32,112 nt of DNA from a virus (Duplodnaviria > Caudoviricetes): positions 1 through 32,112 of IMG/VR virus record IMGVR_UViG_3300047290_000055. One strand, given 5' to 3'. Both the position numbers and the translations under genes were made by a program. Shown here piece by piece: positions 18,542 to 28,114 of this stretch (its first letter is position 1; each line of letters starts with the position of its first letter). The notes under the pieces were generated by a model. That model saw nothing but the letters and a program-made list of their open reading frames with translations. It was not told where the DNA came from and did no database searches.

Positions 18542-18910
18542 TTAACGTTGGCCAAAGCCTCGTGGGTAAACTTTACCCTTTTTGGCTGTTTGACCAGCAT
18601 CAGACACTCGTTGGCCAAAGCTACGATTGTCCTTTTTCTTCTTTGGCTTAACTGGATACATCCCACGCTCTTTGCTGATGATGTACTGCTCTTGCATCTT
18701 TGGCTTAGCTGGCACTTGCTTTGCAGCACGACCAACACGAACTGGCTGGTCTCCACCAGTCGAGTTCTTCTTAGGTGCAGGCTTAGGCGCTGGCTTTTTT
18801 GGAGCCGGTTTCTTTGGAGCCTTCTTCTTCGGCTTCTTCTTGCGACGACCGCTTGGAAGTGTTGGGTTATACCCACGACCTGCGGTTTCTTCTGCTGGGT
18901 CCATTGGCAT
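18542..18910 (-). CDS. Lys/Pro-rich basic (histone-tail-like) protein
   Basis: GAGGA RBS; KKKPKKKAPKKPAPKKPAPKPAPKK repeats. Confidence 0.65.
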   Translation of the reverse strand: MPMDPAEETAGRGYNPTLPSGRRKKKPKKKAPKKPAPKKPAPKPAPKKNSTGGDQPVRVGRAAKQVPAKPKMQEQYIISKERGMYPVKPKKKKDNRSFGQRVSDAGQTAKKGKVYPRGFGQR

Positions 18911-18942
18911 GGTGTCCTCTTTCTTTTCTTGAAGTTAATACT

Positions 18943-18986
18943 GAAAGAAAGGGGGATGGCTTACGGGGAAGTTGGGCCATCCCCCC
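18943..18986 (-). terminator. Intrinsic terminator after the major capsid gene
   Basis: GGGGGATGGC...GCCATCCCCC 10-bp stem followed by TTTCTTTC on the - strand. Confidence 0.8.
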
Positions 18987-18996
18987 AGTTCTCAAA

Positions 18997-19938
18997 TTAA
19001 GCAGTCTTAGCGGTGAGCTTACCCTGCTTAGCAGCGTTACGGCAGGTCAAGTTGCCGTAGCACATGATAAGTGCATAACGAGCGTCCAAGTTTTCTGGAC
19101 GAACGAAATCGGTCTGTGAGAACCACTTACCAGAGTGACCAACAAGGGTCAGGTACTTGCTGTTCAAGAAGTACACGGTACCAGCGGTGCAATGTACGTC
19201 GTAGGTTACAGGAGCAGCCTTGAACAACAGGTTCTGGAAACCAGCATCTGCCGTCTTGGTGTCGGTGTAACGCAACTGTGGTTGCAACAATGACTCATAC
19301 TTTTCGAACAAAGTCTGGGTCGTAAGCACCATGTCTGGGTGGTCGTTACCAACAGACACGCTGTTGTAAGCCGTTGCCATTTGTGCGAGGGTCAAAGCAC
19401 CTGCGGTGTTTTCCTCGTACGAACGCCAGAACTCGTTGCCTGCAGTTGCACGGTTGATACCGCCAACGGTTCCTGAAGCCTCAACGAGGTTTCCAAGACC
19501 GTTCCAGTCCTTACCGCTGTTGCCGGTTCCGTCTGCAAAGAACATCTGGTTAAACGATTCACGCATTGACTCTTCAGCCTGCATAATTTTCGCTTCGAGC
19601 AAGTTGATGATTTCCTGCTCGCCATTGTTCTTGGCTTCTTCAATACCGCTGATTGCGATGGATGCAGCGTACTGCTTCCATTCGTACTCAGCAGCAGAAA
19701 TGCCTTCTTGTGCTGTCAACGAAATGGTGTCGTAACCTGAGTACGATGCCACGGTTGAGTTCTTGCCGTAGATGAGAGGTTCGATGATTTTCGTACCGCC
19801 GTTAAGCATACGAATACGACCCTTATCCATGAGGTGGTAGGTGAGTGGACGTGCAGTGAACACGTTGTCGGTCAACTGGCTGCGGTAGTTAGCAAGCGTA
19901 GTTGAGAGCAACGCATCAAAGTTAGCATTTGCTGCCAT
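18997..19938 (-). CDS. Major capsid protein
   Basis: 313 aa; follows portal and scaffold; strong AAGGAG RBS, biased codons and a downstream terminator. Confidence 0.85.
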   Translation of the reverse strand: MAANANFDALLSTTLANYRSQLTDNVFTARPLTYHLMDKGRIRMLNGGTKIIEPLIYGKNSTVASYSGYDTISLTAQEGISAAEYEWKQYAASIAISGIEEAKNNGEQEIINLLEAKIMQAEESMRESFNQMFFADGTGNSGKDWNGLGNLVEASGTVGGINRATAGNEFWRSYEENTAGALTLAQMATAYNSVSVGNDHPDMVLTTQTLFEKYESLLQPQLRYTDTKTADAGFQNLLFKAAPVTYDVHCTAGTVYFLNSKYLTLVGHSGKWFSQTDFVRPENLDARYALIMCYGNLTCRNAAKQGKLTAKTA

Positions 19939-19961
19939 GATGATTTCTCCTTAAGTTAGTG

Positions 19962-20753
19962 CTAGCCGTTCATCTGCCGTTTAGCGGCTTCAAAAGCGTC
20001 TCGCAATGATGTGATTGGTTTTGCCGATACATCAGCACTTACCGATGATGCTCCACCGCTTACAACTCCTGAGTTCCGTTTGGCTTGTGTAATCTGTTCA
20101 GTTTCCTGAGCTTTCTTAGCACGTATTTGCCGAATTGCTTGAGCGTCTTCGTAAATACTATCAAACTTCATTTGTTTGTAAACTGCTTCCAAATCGGTTG
20201 AGCCAATGGCTAACGCCTTTGCCACAACCTCATTTGCATCAAAGTCAGCACCGTACCGACCTTGCAACGTCGCAACAGTTCTGTCCAACTCCTCCATTGC
20301 CTTTTGTTGTTCAAAGGCTTGGACTCGTTGTTCCAACTGTCGGTACTGTTTTTCAACAGGGTCTAAATCCAGTTCTTCTTCTACAGAAGTTGTCTGGCTT
20401 AACCCATAATGCTTACTCAAAAGTTCCAAAGTTTTTTCTGGGTCAGTCTGCAAGGCTTCTTGCAAAGCTGCTCCAAATTGAACTTGACGTCGTTGCTCGC
20501 TGAGTTCTTGAGTCTTGCGGGTGTAATCCGCTTGACGTTGATAACCAGAAAGCGCCTCTTTGAGTGGAACTCTTACGTCTTCACCGTTGACTTGCACGGA
20601 GACATACTTGTCACCAAACTCATCAACAGGAAGCAGTTCAATTTCCGCTTCACTGAGGTTTTCAACTACATCCGTAACTTCTTGTGGTTGTCCCGAAGTT
20701 TCTACTTCTGGGGCCAAATCGGTTATGACTTCATTGCTATGTACTTCACTCAT
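19962..20753 (-). CDS. Capsid scaffolding protein
   Basis: Acidic N-terminus, VQVNGEDVRVPLKE...GYQRQADYTRKTQELSEQRR scaffold-type motif and coiled coil; GGAGG RBS. Confidence 0.8.
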   Translation of the reverse strand: MSEVHSNEVITDLAPEVETSGQPQEVTDVVENLSEAEIELLPVDEFGDKYVSVQVNGEDVRVPLKEALSGYQRQADYTRKTQELSEQRRQVQFGAALQEALQTDPEKTLELLSKHYGLSQTTSVEEELDLDPVEKQYRQLEQRVQAFEQQKAMEELDRTVATLQGRYGADFDANEVVAKALAIGSTDLEAVYKQMKFDSIYEDAQAIRQIRAKKAQETEQITQAKRNSGVVSGGASSVSADVSAKPITSLRDAFEAAKRQMNG

Positions 20754-20779
20754 TACTTGAGTCCTCCAAGGGTTGCTCT

Positions 20780-20801
20780 ATATCTAGTGATTGTTCGTTA
20801 C
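20780..20801 (-). promoter_or_regulatory. GTAAC motif upstream of the scaffold-capsid unit
   Basis: GTAAC-GAACAATCACTAGATATAG overlapping the portal TAA; followed by a leader with an SD. Confidence 0.5.
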
Positions 20802-22645
20802 ATCCCCGGTGGGGGTGCTCCTCCACCTTGCATGAGTTGCATGAGTAACTCTGGTGGAAGACCTGCTAATTCAGGGGGCAAACCTTGCGGTGGCATTCCC
20901 TGTTGTGGCATGCCCTGAGGTGGCATTGGTGGCATACCCTGTGGTGGCATCATTTCTGCTTGTGGACCCTCCATCATCTCTGGTCCACCCATTGGTTCTT
21001 CTGGACCAACTGGTTCTGGAGGGGGCGGTGGTCCCTGAATAAACATTGAAGGTTGTTTTACACCAAAACCATATTGCAGAACATATTCTGCAAGTTTTTG
21101 GATGTTAATAATCCCACTCTGGATAAACGGTGCCATGGCGTCCATAATCTGCATTGCAGATTGACGCCTAAATGATTCGTTCATTGGCTGTGTTGAACCA
21201 CCTTCAACTTCAAAGTCAAATTCACCCTGAATATAGTCACGGTCAAAACGAACCCAAGCACGTTTTTCACCAGCACTCATAATTCGAATAGCTTGCTCAC
21301 CAGTCATGTACTGTTGAGCAAGCATTACCAAACGTCGACCACAGTCAGCAATGGTGCGCTCAATTGCAGCCAATTTATCTGATGCACGTGCGTTGGCCGC
21401 ATCCTGAACAATGCCCGCTTCTGTAGCCGTACGACGGATTTCTGGAAGTGTTCCACGCTGATATTCAGAAACACCAGATACCTGATTGATATCGCTCGAT
21501 ATCAATTCAGACTGGTTGTAGAACTCTGGAGGACTCATTACAGCCGGCATCGGCGCAATGACTCCACTCAATGCTTCTTCTGCAATAACAGGAACAAGTA
21601 CGTTGTCTTCGTCGCTTTCAAGTGCCGAACGACCGTCAACATCAAATGCTGATTCCTTGTACAACCACTTACGTGAGAACCTCTTACGATGGTTCATCAT
21701 CTGTGTACGTGTTTGGTTGAGTTCCATTTGCAATGGTTCAATTGCTTCCAATTCTCCCATCGGATAGAAATGGTCTGGAACGTCGTAGTTGCGGAGCATT
21801 ACAAATGGATGCCCAAAAGCAAATGGCATCTTGGTTGGATTCACCAAGAATTTATCGCCACCATCGCAGAATACAGAAACAGTACCACGGTCAATGTCGT
21901 AATATTCCCAAATCTCGACATATGAATCTTCTGCATTCTCTGTTCGTCGTGGTCGAACATCTCCACGCCAATCATCAGAACTCCATTTAGAATAATGCGA
22001 TGGTGCCGCCTCTTGGCGAGCACCAGCATTATATCGTTTGTCTTTTTTAACTTCACTCAATGGTCGGCGTATACGCTGAGCAATCCAACGAATATCCGAC
22101 ATTGATGTTGCATCAGCATCAACAAAAACATCGAACGATGAAACTCGTTCAACAAATGGACGGTCTTCAGTAATAATCAATTCAGATTCTGTAATTGATT
22201 CTGGAGTAGCAAGTTCATCAGCATTGTCGTATTCGCCTTCTTGCGTCTCAATAAAACGATAACCAGTTTTTAACCAACCATGACCAACAATTAACATGTC
22301 TTTGACTGCACGGCGGAATTCACGTTGGCATTCAAAATGCCTCCACCAATAGTTAACAATTTCTTCAGTGATGATTGCTCGTGGAGCATCATCAACATTC
22401 TTTGCGTTAACAACAATCTTTGGGTAGTTCACCGAAACACTTGGTGAAATTACGTTGATTGTTGCAAAAGCCATGTTTACCAACAAACGGTCTTCTTCAG
22501 AAACCATTTTGTAATGTTTTCCACGGTACATGTCAATCATGCGACGCCATAAGTCGTCGTAGTTTTCTTCACGCCTCCAACGGCGTGATTGCTCAATTTT
22601 GTTTCTGTACTTGGTGATTAGTTCACTATTTGAAGTACGAGCCAT
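20798..22645 (-). CDS. Portal protein
   Basis: 615 aa between terminase and scaffold; VSGVSEYQRG...RTATEA podovirus portal-type motif; P/M/G/Q-rich C-terminal tail. Confidence 0.85.
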   Translation of the reverse strand: MARTSNSELITKYRNKIEQSRRWRREENYDDLWRRMIDMYRGKHYKMVSEEDRLLVNMAFATINVISPSVSVNYPKIVVNAKNVDDAPRAIITEEIVNYWWRHFECQREFRRAVKDMLIVGHGWLKTGYRFIETQEGEYDNADELATPESITESELIITEDRPFVERVSSFDVFVDADATSMSDIRWIAQRIRRPLSEVKKDKRYNAGARQEAAPSHYSKWSSDDWRGDVRPRRTENAEDSYVEIWEYYDIDRGTVSVFCDGGDKFLVNPTKMPFAFGHPFVMLRNYDVPDHFYPMGELEAIEPLQMELNQTRTQMMNHRKRFSRKWLYKESAFDVDGRSALESDEDNVLVPVIAEEALSGVIAPMPAVMSPPEFYNQSELISSDINQVSGVSEYQRGTLPEIRRTATEAGIVQDAANARASDKLAAIERTIADCGRRLVMLAQQYMTGEQAIRIMSAGEKRAWVRFDRDYIQGEFDFEVEGGSTQPMNESFRRQSAMQIMDAMAPFIQSGIINIQKLAEYVLQYGFGVKQPSMFIQGPPPPPEPVGPEEPMGGPEMMEGPQAEMMPPQGMPPMPPQGMPQQGMPPQGLPPELAGLPPELLMQLMQGGGAPPPGM

Positions 22646-22845
22646 TAGTCTTCCTTCTGCCCTTCATGCCAACCAATATGGTGGTCAAGTTTGCTGCCTA
22701 TTTTGTCAACTTTGTTGCCAATCGTCCTCAGAAGGATTCTTCCTTCAGCGTGTTGTTCGGTGTTCTCTTTGCGTAGTTTCTGTAGTACCACGACCAGCGG
22801 ACCTGTGATAATCGCTGCCGCCAAAGGAACCCAAATTGACTCCAC
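22645..22845 (-). CDS. Small single-TM coiled-coil membrane protein (holin-like/lysis accessory)
   Basis: N-terminal hydrophobic helix WVPLAAAIITGPLVVVL, then coiled coil ending LDHHIGWH. Confidence 0.55.
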   Translation of the reverse strand: MESIWVPLAAAIITGPLVVVLQKLRKENTEQHAEGRILLRTIGNKVDKIGSKLDHHIGWHEGQKED

Positions 22846-22849
22846 CGCA

Positions 22850-23074
22850 TTACATCCAATTCGTCACAGGCTCGGCGTTAATACCTTTAGCCGCTGCATC
22901 TGCAACGGTTTGACGCTGACGTTCAGCAATCGTTGGACCATGAAAATCTTCTTTTCCATGAGTGAATCCAAGACGAATTGTTTTGACATGGCATTTGAAA
23001 CAAACCGAACCCCTTCTAGGGAGTTCGTCTGACTCAAAGGTCGATAAACAGGTCAAACAGCGAAATTCTTTCAT
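22850..23074 (-). CDS. Small Zn-ribbon protein
   Basis: CLTC...CFKC; preceded by a GTAAC motif. Confidence 0.6.
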   Translation of the reverse strand: MKEFRCLTCLSTFESDELPRRGSVCFKCHVKTIRLGFTHGKEDFHGPTIAERQRQTVADAAAKGINAEPVTNWM

Positions 23075-23095
23075 AACTAGTGAGCAAACCGTTAC
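23075..23095 (-). promoter_or_regulatory. GTAAC start-associated motif
   Basis: GTAAC-GGTTTGCTCACTAGTT-ATG (16-nt spacer) overlapping the terminase TAA; no SD. Confidence 0.6.
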
Positions 23096-24675
23096 TCTCG
23101 GTAGTTATACGAACCAATCGCCGCCTCTTTTTGCACTGGTTCACGAATAATGTACCTTTCCCACCATTCAAAAGAGTTTTTCAAAGGCTCTTTGTCCTGA
23201 CGGTATTCCGGTAACCAGACATACTTCAGCATCTGGTTGGTAATGGCTAAAGACATAACACGGTCGTCATGGGGTGAACCATGCATCTTCCCGTTTGCCT
23301 CACGCACGAATGTGCGTAATTCGGCAACGGTTTCCTTGTCATAAATCCACAGAGCCTCGTCTCGAATGGCTCCGTTCAGTTCGTCAATAGCCAATGGCTT
23401 GGAGACCGAAGTCGTTCTCCAACCCATTGTTTCCGTGATGCTTGGAGTTCTTTGACCAAGCTTTCTAGAACGATAAATGTTTCTGTAACCAGTTCTCTGT
23501 AAGGCTTTGATTGTTGTTAGACCGTGGTTGTTCGACTCAATCCCAATGAGTGCATAGTTATAAAAATGTCCAATTGCCCTGAGCACCTCTTCGCCAAACA
23601 AGTCTGCGTCAACGTGGCCATGCCAATGAGCAACCAGTAATCCGGTGCTTGCTGAAATTACATGCGCTGAACTGTAGTCGCCATGACCTAGCCCTTCGGC
23701 TACGTCGGCTCCAACTACGTAAACCTCATTCTGGTCTGGAAATTCATAAATAGCAAATTCCCCACCGTCGTCCACAAAATCCCAACTGTTTACCCCGTTG
23801 TGTTTCAGGTAACCACGTTCCGGTTCAATAGATTCCAGAACCCTGAGTTTTTCCAAGTCAAAGACTGGACGACCAGAACGAATAAACGCTTCTTCTGGGT
23901 CGCTTGGATATTCCTGTGCCAACTGCCAATCTGGCAAGTCTCGTTTCTTGGCTTCGTACCATTCCTCGTCACGGTCTCCAGCAGACCATGGGAAAAAGAT
24001 TCCAGTGAATCGGTTTGTGGCCGTCTGAGACCCAACCCATAACTGATGAAATATGTTGCCTTCTCCGTTGGCTGTACTCAGACAGATAACACGACCACCC
24101 ACATCGGCAATAGGTTCGATAGATGCCCACGCTTCTTCAGCGTTGGGCAAGAACGCCATTTCGTCGATGATTACTCGGTATACCGATTCACCACGAGCAG
24201 GGTCATTACCTGATGGCAAAGACTCAATTGCTGAGTCGTTTGCAAACACCATTTTCAACTGGTTATCAGATTGCAATTCTGGTCCACGGATTTTCATCCA
24301 TTGCGGCAACATCTTGTAGCCATACTTGGTTTTTTGCAAAAGCTTTGATGCTTCTCGTTCTGTTCTACTGAGCATGACCGTGAAACGGTCTGACCAAAAG
24401 AATGTTTCCCAAAACACGAAAGCCGCAGCCAGAGTGGAGAATCCAATCTGTCGTGCTTTCAGCACAATGCTATATCGTGAGTCAATCCAAACCTCAACAG
24501 TTTTCTGTTGGGCTTCACGTAATTCAAATTTAATTCGACCCCGTTCAGGGTGACGAATCATCCAGTGTGTTGAACAAAAATGGCTAAATGCCTCCACGAG
24601 CTCTGCCGTGGAAGCATTCTCTGGACCTTTGCACTTACGCCATTCCTTCTCGTTGAGAAGGTCGGTTAGTTCCAT
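23092..24675 (-). CDS. terL: Terminase large subunit
   Basis: LKARQIGFST (Walker A), VIIDEMAF (Walker B), STANG, QEYP, GADVAEG nuclease motif and HDDRVMSLA. Confidence 0.95.
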   Translation of the reverse strand: MELTDLLNEKEWRKCKGPENASTAELVEAFSHFCSTHWMIRHPERGRIKFELREAQQKTVEVWIDSRYSIVLKARQIGFSTLAAAFVFWETFFWSDRFTVMLSRTEREASKLLQKTKYGYKMLPQWMKIRGPELQSDNQLKMVFANDSAIESLPSGNDPARGESVYRVIIDEMAFLPNAEEAWASIEPIADVGGRVICLSTANGEGNIFHQLWVGSQTATNRFTGIFFPWSAGDRDEEWYEAKKRDLPDWQLAQEYPSDPEEAFIRSGRPVFDLEKLRVLESIEPERGYLKHNGVNSWDFVDDGGEFAIYEFPDQNEVYVVGADVAEGLGHGDYSSAHVISASTGLLVAHWHGHVDADLFGEEVLRAIGHFYNYALIGIESNNHGLTTIKALQRTGYRNIYRSRKLGQRTPSITETMGWRTTSVSKPLAIDELNGAIRDEALWIYDKETVAELRTFVREANGKMHGSPHDDRVMSLAITNQMLKYVWLPEYRQDKEPLKNSFEWWERYIIREPVQKEAAIGSYNYRE

Positions 24676-24896
24676 TATTCCTCTTCAGGTACCTCGGTAA
24701 ACAATGCCTCATCTGTCTTAGCGTTCTCCGCACGTTGTGCGTATTCGCCAAGACCAAGTGCGCTAAGCACAAATGCAATTGCCGGCTCCGTAGGAGCATC
24801 AGGAACAACAAAGGCTACAAGTAATGCAACAGCAGATGAAACAAATGCTGCAACTCGTACTGGGTTGTTGTAGATAAAGTCTTTTACTTTTTGCAT
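24675..24896 (-). CDS. Putative holin (two hydrophobic segments)
   Basis: Start MQKVKDF (ATG 24896); NPVRVAAFVSSAVALLVAFV and AIAFVLSALGLG; charged C-terminus. Confidence 0.6.
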   Translation of the reverse strand: MQKVKDFIYNNPVRVAAFVSSAVALLVAFVVPDAPTEPAIAFVLSALGLGEYAQRAENAKTDEALFTEVPEEE

Positions 24897-24898
24897 AA

Positions 24899-25126
24899 TC
24901 ACCACTTTCCTAAGGGGCATGTTGCTTCGAGAAGTTTTACCTTTCCGGGCATTACACATCCACATTGTTTACATTGTTTTGTTACATCCGTTAATTCTGG
25001 GCAATCTAGACAAGTTGCATATCGAAATTGCGCAACATCTGCTTCGGCTCTTGGAACTTCTGGATTTAACAAATCCCAAGGACGTGTTGTACCTAGCTTC
25101 TTTTTGTATTCTTGCCAAGGACTCAT
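24899..25126 (-). CDS. Small Cys-rich protein (DUF6171-like)
   Basis: RYATCLDC...CKQCGC...K...CPLGKW pattern; family name recalled, not searched. Confidence 0.6.
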   Translation of the reverse strand: MSPWQEYKKKLGTTRPWDLLNPEVPRAEADVAQFRYATCLDCPELTDVTKQCKQCGCVMPGKVKLLEATCPLGKW

Positions 25127-25347
25127 TCAGTAGGTGCACTAAAAACTCCATCTTGGAATTTCCAGCCCATAGAAACAATCCCACTAAGTTCTTTTGGAAC
25201 TTGAACAACAGTTGGATTTGAACCAAAAACAGCAGTCATCTGCTCAAGTTCTTCGTACAACATGTGCATCCATACAACTTCACCATCAATAATAAATGCA
25301 AAGAAGTTGTGAGGCTTGCTTAGGTCTGGGCCAATTTGTTCTGACAT
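25123..25347 (-). CDS. Hypothetical protein, possible fibre assembly chaperone
   Basis: AGGAG RBS before MSEQIG; FAFIIDGEVV...MGWKFQDGVFSAP resembles small proteins that follow tail fibres. Confidence 0.55.
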   Translation of the reverse strand: MSEQIGPDLSKPHNFFAFIIDGEVVWMHMLYEELEQMTAVFGSNPTVVQVPKELSGIVSMGWKFQDGVFSAPTE

Positions 25348-25355
25348 GATTCTCC

Positions 25356-25856
25356 TTAAGGACAGGTATATCCAGTTGTTAGACAGTACCAACCACCATT
25401 GTATGAAATATATCCACCAGATACAACGGTTGAACCGCTGACACATGGGTCAGGTGAAACCTGAACATGAACCGTATCGTAAGCTGGGTTCTGACCAGCA
25501 CCACACGGAATAATACCGCAAGTACCCAAGTTACCACCGTTAATCGTTGTGTAACTATATCCAGTATTCGAACACGCAGTAAGCGAAGTTCCAATACGTG
25601 TAGCTGTCGCAGAATTGTCAAATCCAGCACGTGTCGCATAAACACTAACTGTGGCCGAAGAAGCATTTCCTAGACCAGTAACAGTTACGGTTGCAGTAGA
25701 CCTAGAAACAGAACCAGCAGTTGTGCTCAATACGTAAGTATTAGCAGCATTGTAATTAGTTATTGTAAACGAAAAACTCTGTGCACCAGAAGATGCCGAA
25801 CTCAACGCAGGAGTTGGTAATTGTTCGCTACCACCAATTGCACCAAGTATTTGCAC
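25356..25856 (-). CDS. Putative tail/receptor-binding protein (S/T-rich beta domain plus Cys-rich C-terminus)
   Basis: GTG start at 25856 just after the upstream stop; FN3-like TVTVTGL...TVSVYA; six Cys in the C-terminal half. Confidence 0.55.
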   Translation of the reverse strand: MQILGAIGGSEQLPTPALSSASSGAQSFSFTITNYNAANTYVLSTTAGSVSRSTATVTVTGLGNASSATVSVYATRAGFDNSATATRIGTSLTACSNTGYSYTTINGGNLGTCGIIPCGAGQNPAYDTVHVQVSPDPCVSGSTVVSGGYISYNGGWYCLTTGYTCP

Positions 25857-25858
25857 GG

Positions 25859-26446
25859 TTATACCGCTAGGTTGCCGACAACCACCCATTGGTTGGCTGC
25901 AACTTTAACTGCCGTAGCCATTGCATATTGACCATTGGTTTTTAGTTTTCCACCTTGAGAAACAACTGAGGTTGTTCCCGGTGAAACAGCAGCGATTGTC
26001 ACTTGACCAAGACCTAGTTGCAAAATATTGATTTGGTCTCCAATTGCAAAAGCCACAGTTGCATCAGTTGGAATATTGAAATTCAAAGCTGACCCATTGT
26101 TCATGGTAACAATTTTTTGTGCATCAGTTAAAACTGCTGTATAGGAAACAATCTGTGGATTAAGACTAATTTCTTTTAGTTCTGCAGAACCAACAGCACG
26201 GTCAGCAATCTTTGATTGCGTGACCGCATTGTCTGCAATTTTTCCTTCTGTTACTGCAAGACCAGCAATTTTTAGTTCAGTAACTGAACTCGTAGCAAGT
26301 TTTGTTTCAGTAATTGCAGAAGAATCAATTCCAGTTCCATCCTGTAGTGCGTCCACAAACAGTTTCACCTGCTGGAAATTTGCGTTCACCTCAGACGCTT
26401 CTGCTATTGCGTCGTTTACAAACGAATGTGGGATAGTTAAAGCCAT
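25859..26446 (-). CDS. Tail fibre/anchor protein
   Basis: N-terminal IAEASEVNANF tail-attachment-type motif, 10-aa (A/S)VTExKIA repeats and C-terminal FAIGDQINILQLGLGQVT...WVVVGNL domain. Confidence 0.65.
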   Translation of the reverse strand: MALTIPHSFVNDAIAEASEVNANFQQVKLFVDALQDGTGIDSSAITETKLATSSVTELKIAGLAVTEGKIADNAVTQSKIADRAVGSAELKEISLNPQIVSYTAVLTDAQKIVTMNNGSALNFNIPTDATVAFAIGDQINILQLGLGQVTIAAVSPGTTSVVSQGGKLKTNGQYAMATAVKVAANQWVVVGNLAV

Positions 26447-26467
26447 ACCTAAAGGAGGAATCGTTAC
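26447..26467 (-). promoter_or_regulatory. GTAAC start-associated motif
   Basis: GTAAC-GATTCCTCCTTTAGGT-ATG (16-nt spacer) filling the whole intergenic gap; no clear SD. Confidence 0.6.
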
Positions 26468-27364
26468 TTAAAAAGTAACTGTTCCAGTACCAGCAGTAAA
26501 AGTGTACACCCTATAGCCAGTACGACTTGTAGTGCTGACAGAGTATGTGAGTCCTGCGCTAATTGTTGTTATGGCTGGATATGTATCTGGATATGCAAGA
26601 ATTACTACGCCAGTTGCTCCACCAGTTCCAGCAAATGTAGAACCCATGTAGTAACTTCCACCTCCACCTCCACCACCTGTATTTGGCGTTGGATTTGTGT
26701 AACGGTTTCCACCACCACCTATGCCACCAGCACCTTCACCACCATATTCAATGAAACAACCTGCACCACCTCCACCACCACGGTAGGTTGATGTTCCAGT
26801 AATACTTGATGCTAAACCTGCACCACCACTACCACCGCTGGCTCCACTGTTGTTTGCTCCAACGGCTCCAGCTCCACCACCGCCGCCTCCTGCTCGCCAA
26901 GATGCGCCGTTCCAGTTACCTTGACCACCTGCATAACCCTCTACTGGCGTGTAACCTCCAGCGTTTCCAGCTCCACCGTTGTACCCTCCACCAAAACCAC
27001 CACCACCAGAACCACCAGAAATACCTGTAGTTGAACCACCACCACCACCACCTGATGCAGTTATGGTTGCAAACACGGAACTAGTACCACTTCCACCAGC
27101 GCTAGATGAACCACCACTTGCACCACCGGTACCAATGGTAACTGTATATGCAGTGGATTTAAGTAAATTCAAACTACTAGTTCGATATCCACCGGCACCA
27201 CCGCCACCACCACCATATACGGGACCTCCACCGCCACCACCACCGATAACTAAATACTCAACCGGTATTGGCATAACTGGCCAGTTGTCACCTCGAACAG
27301 CACGACGTTGATGTTTAAGCGACCACTTACCACTCGCTCCGCTAGATGATGGAAAATCAGCCAT
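26468..27364 (-). CDS. Glycine-rich tail/receptor-binding protein
   Basis: VEYLVIGGGGGGG...GGGGAGGY...NTGGGGGG...GVVILAYP pattern of Gly-rich phage tail domains. Confidence 0.75.
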   Translation of the reverse strand: MADFPSSSGASGKWSLKHQRRAVRGDNWPVMPIPVEYLVIGGGGGGGPVYGGGGGGAGGYRTSSLNLLKSTAYTVTIGTGGASGGSSSAGGSGTSSVFATITASGGGGGGSTTGISGGSGGGGFGGGYNGGAGNAGGYTPVEGYAGGQGNWNGASWRAGGGGGGAGAVGANNSGASGGSGGAGLASSITGTSTYRGGGGGAGCFIEYGGEGAGGIGGGGNRYTNPTPNTGGGGGGGSYYMGSTFAGTGGATGVVILAYPDTYPAITTISAGLTYSVSTTSRTGYRVYTFTAGTGTVTF

Positions 27365-27367
27365 TAC

Positions 27368-27592
27368 TTACTTTGTTAAAGCAGCAATTTCTTCTACAGA
27401 CAAACCCAATGCAGCAAGTTTTGCTTCAGCGGAAGCTTTTGCTTCAGCTTTTGCTATCTCCGCTGCTTCACGTTGTGCTACTTCGGCAGCCCATGCTGCC
27501 GCATCAGCATCACGCTGAGCAACTTCCTCTGCAGTGAGTTCTACTTCTGAAACAACACCTGTTTCACAGTCAATAATTATTTTTGTTGGCAT
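27368..27592 (-). CDS. Small helical protein, possible fibre chaperone
   Basis: AGGAG RBS; ELTAEEVAQR...KLAALGLSVEEIAAL. Confidence 0.6.
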   Translation of the reverse strand: MPTKIIIDCETGVVSEVELTAEEVAQRDADAAAWAAEVAQREAAEIAKAEAKASAEAKLAALGLSVEEIAALTK

Positions 27593-27601
27593 ATTATTCT
27601 C

Positions 27602-28114
27602 CTAGTTTTTTACTATTCCATAAAGCGATGCTGACGAATACTGCTTCCACACACCACGACCACCGGCAGTTGGAATCTGAATAGATGTAATTGCAGCGGT
27701 ACTAGACCACAAACCAGCAGTCAAATCTGCATAAGCAGTAGTTGCATTATTTTCCGAAACAGAATCACTACTAAGTGATTTAAAGTTTGCTGTTGTATAA
27801 TTTGGAAAATAAATAATTGTATTTCCAAAAACATTGGCAGTTGCTGAATCAGCAGTCATTGTTCCAGCATGGTCGGAAACACTAGTTGCAGCGGCACTAA
27901 CTCCATTTCCATAAACAAATCTACCAGACCTATTTGTGACCACACCATTAAAATATAAATACAAGTCATCACCAGCAGCTGCATATGTACTTCGTGCGCT
28001 AAGAGTTAAAACCAAATCTGTATATGTTTGCGGAATAGCGGTAAACTCAATTGTTGCCGCACCACCAGCAGCAGTAACTGTAACTGTTTGAATATGTTGA
28101 AATGTATTAGCCAT
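27602..28114 (-). CDS. Tail-associated beta-rich protein, paralog 3
   Basis: FTAIPQTYTDLVL...STAAITSI...LYGI. Confidence 0.65.
   Translation of the reverse strand: MANTFQHIQTVTVTAAGGAATIEFTAIPQTYTDLVLTLSARSTYAAAGDDLYLYFNGVVTNRSGRFVYGNGVSAAATSVSDHAGTMTADSATANVFGNTIIYFPNYTTANFKSLSSDSVSENNATTAYADLTAGLWSSTAAITSIQIPTAGGRGVWKQYSSASLYGIVKN

Noticed and set aside
18548-19000. Hydrophobic + strand ORFs (FFGAGFFGA or LWSLLL repeats)
   Set aside because: They are the antisense reading of the Lys/Pro-rich gene, which has the RBS and operon orientation.
26451-26460. Perfect SD-like AAAGGAGGAA on the + strand
   Set aside because: No start codon at a suitable distance; it lies in the spacer of the - strand GTAAC element.
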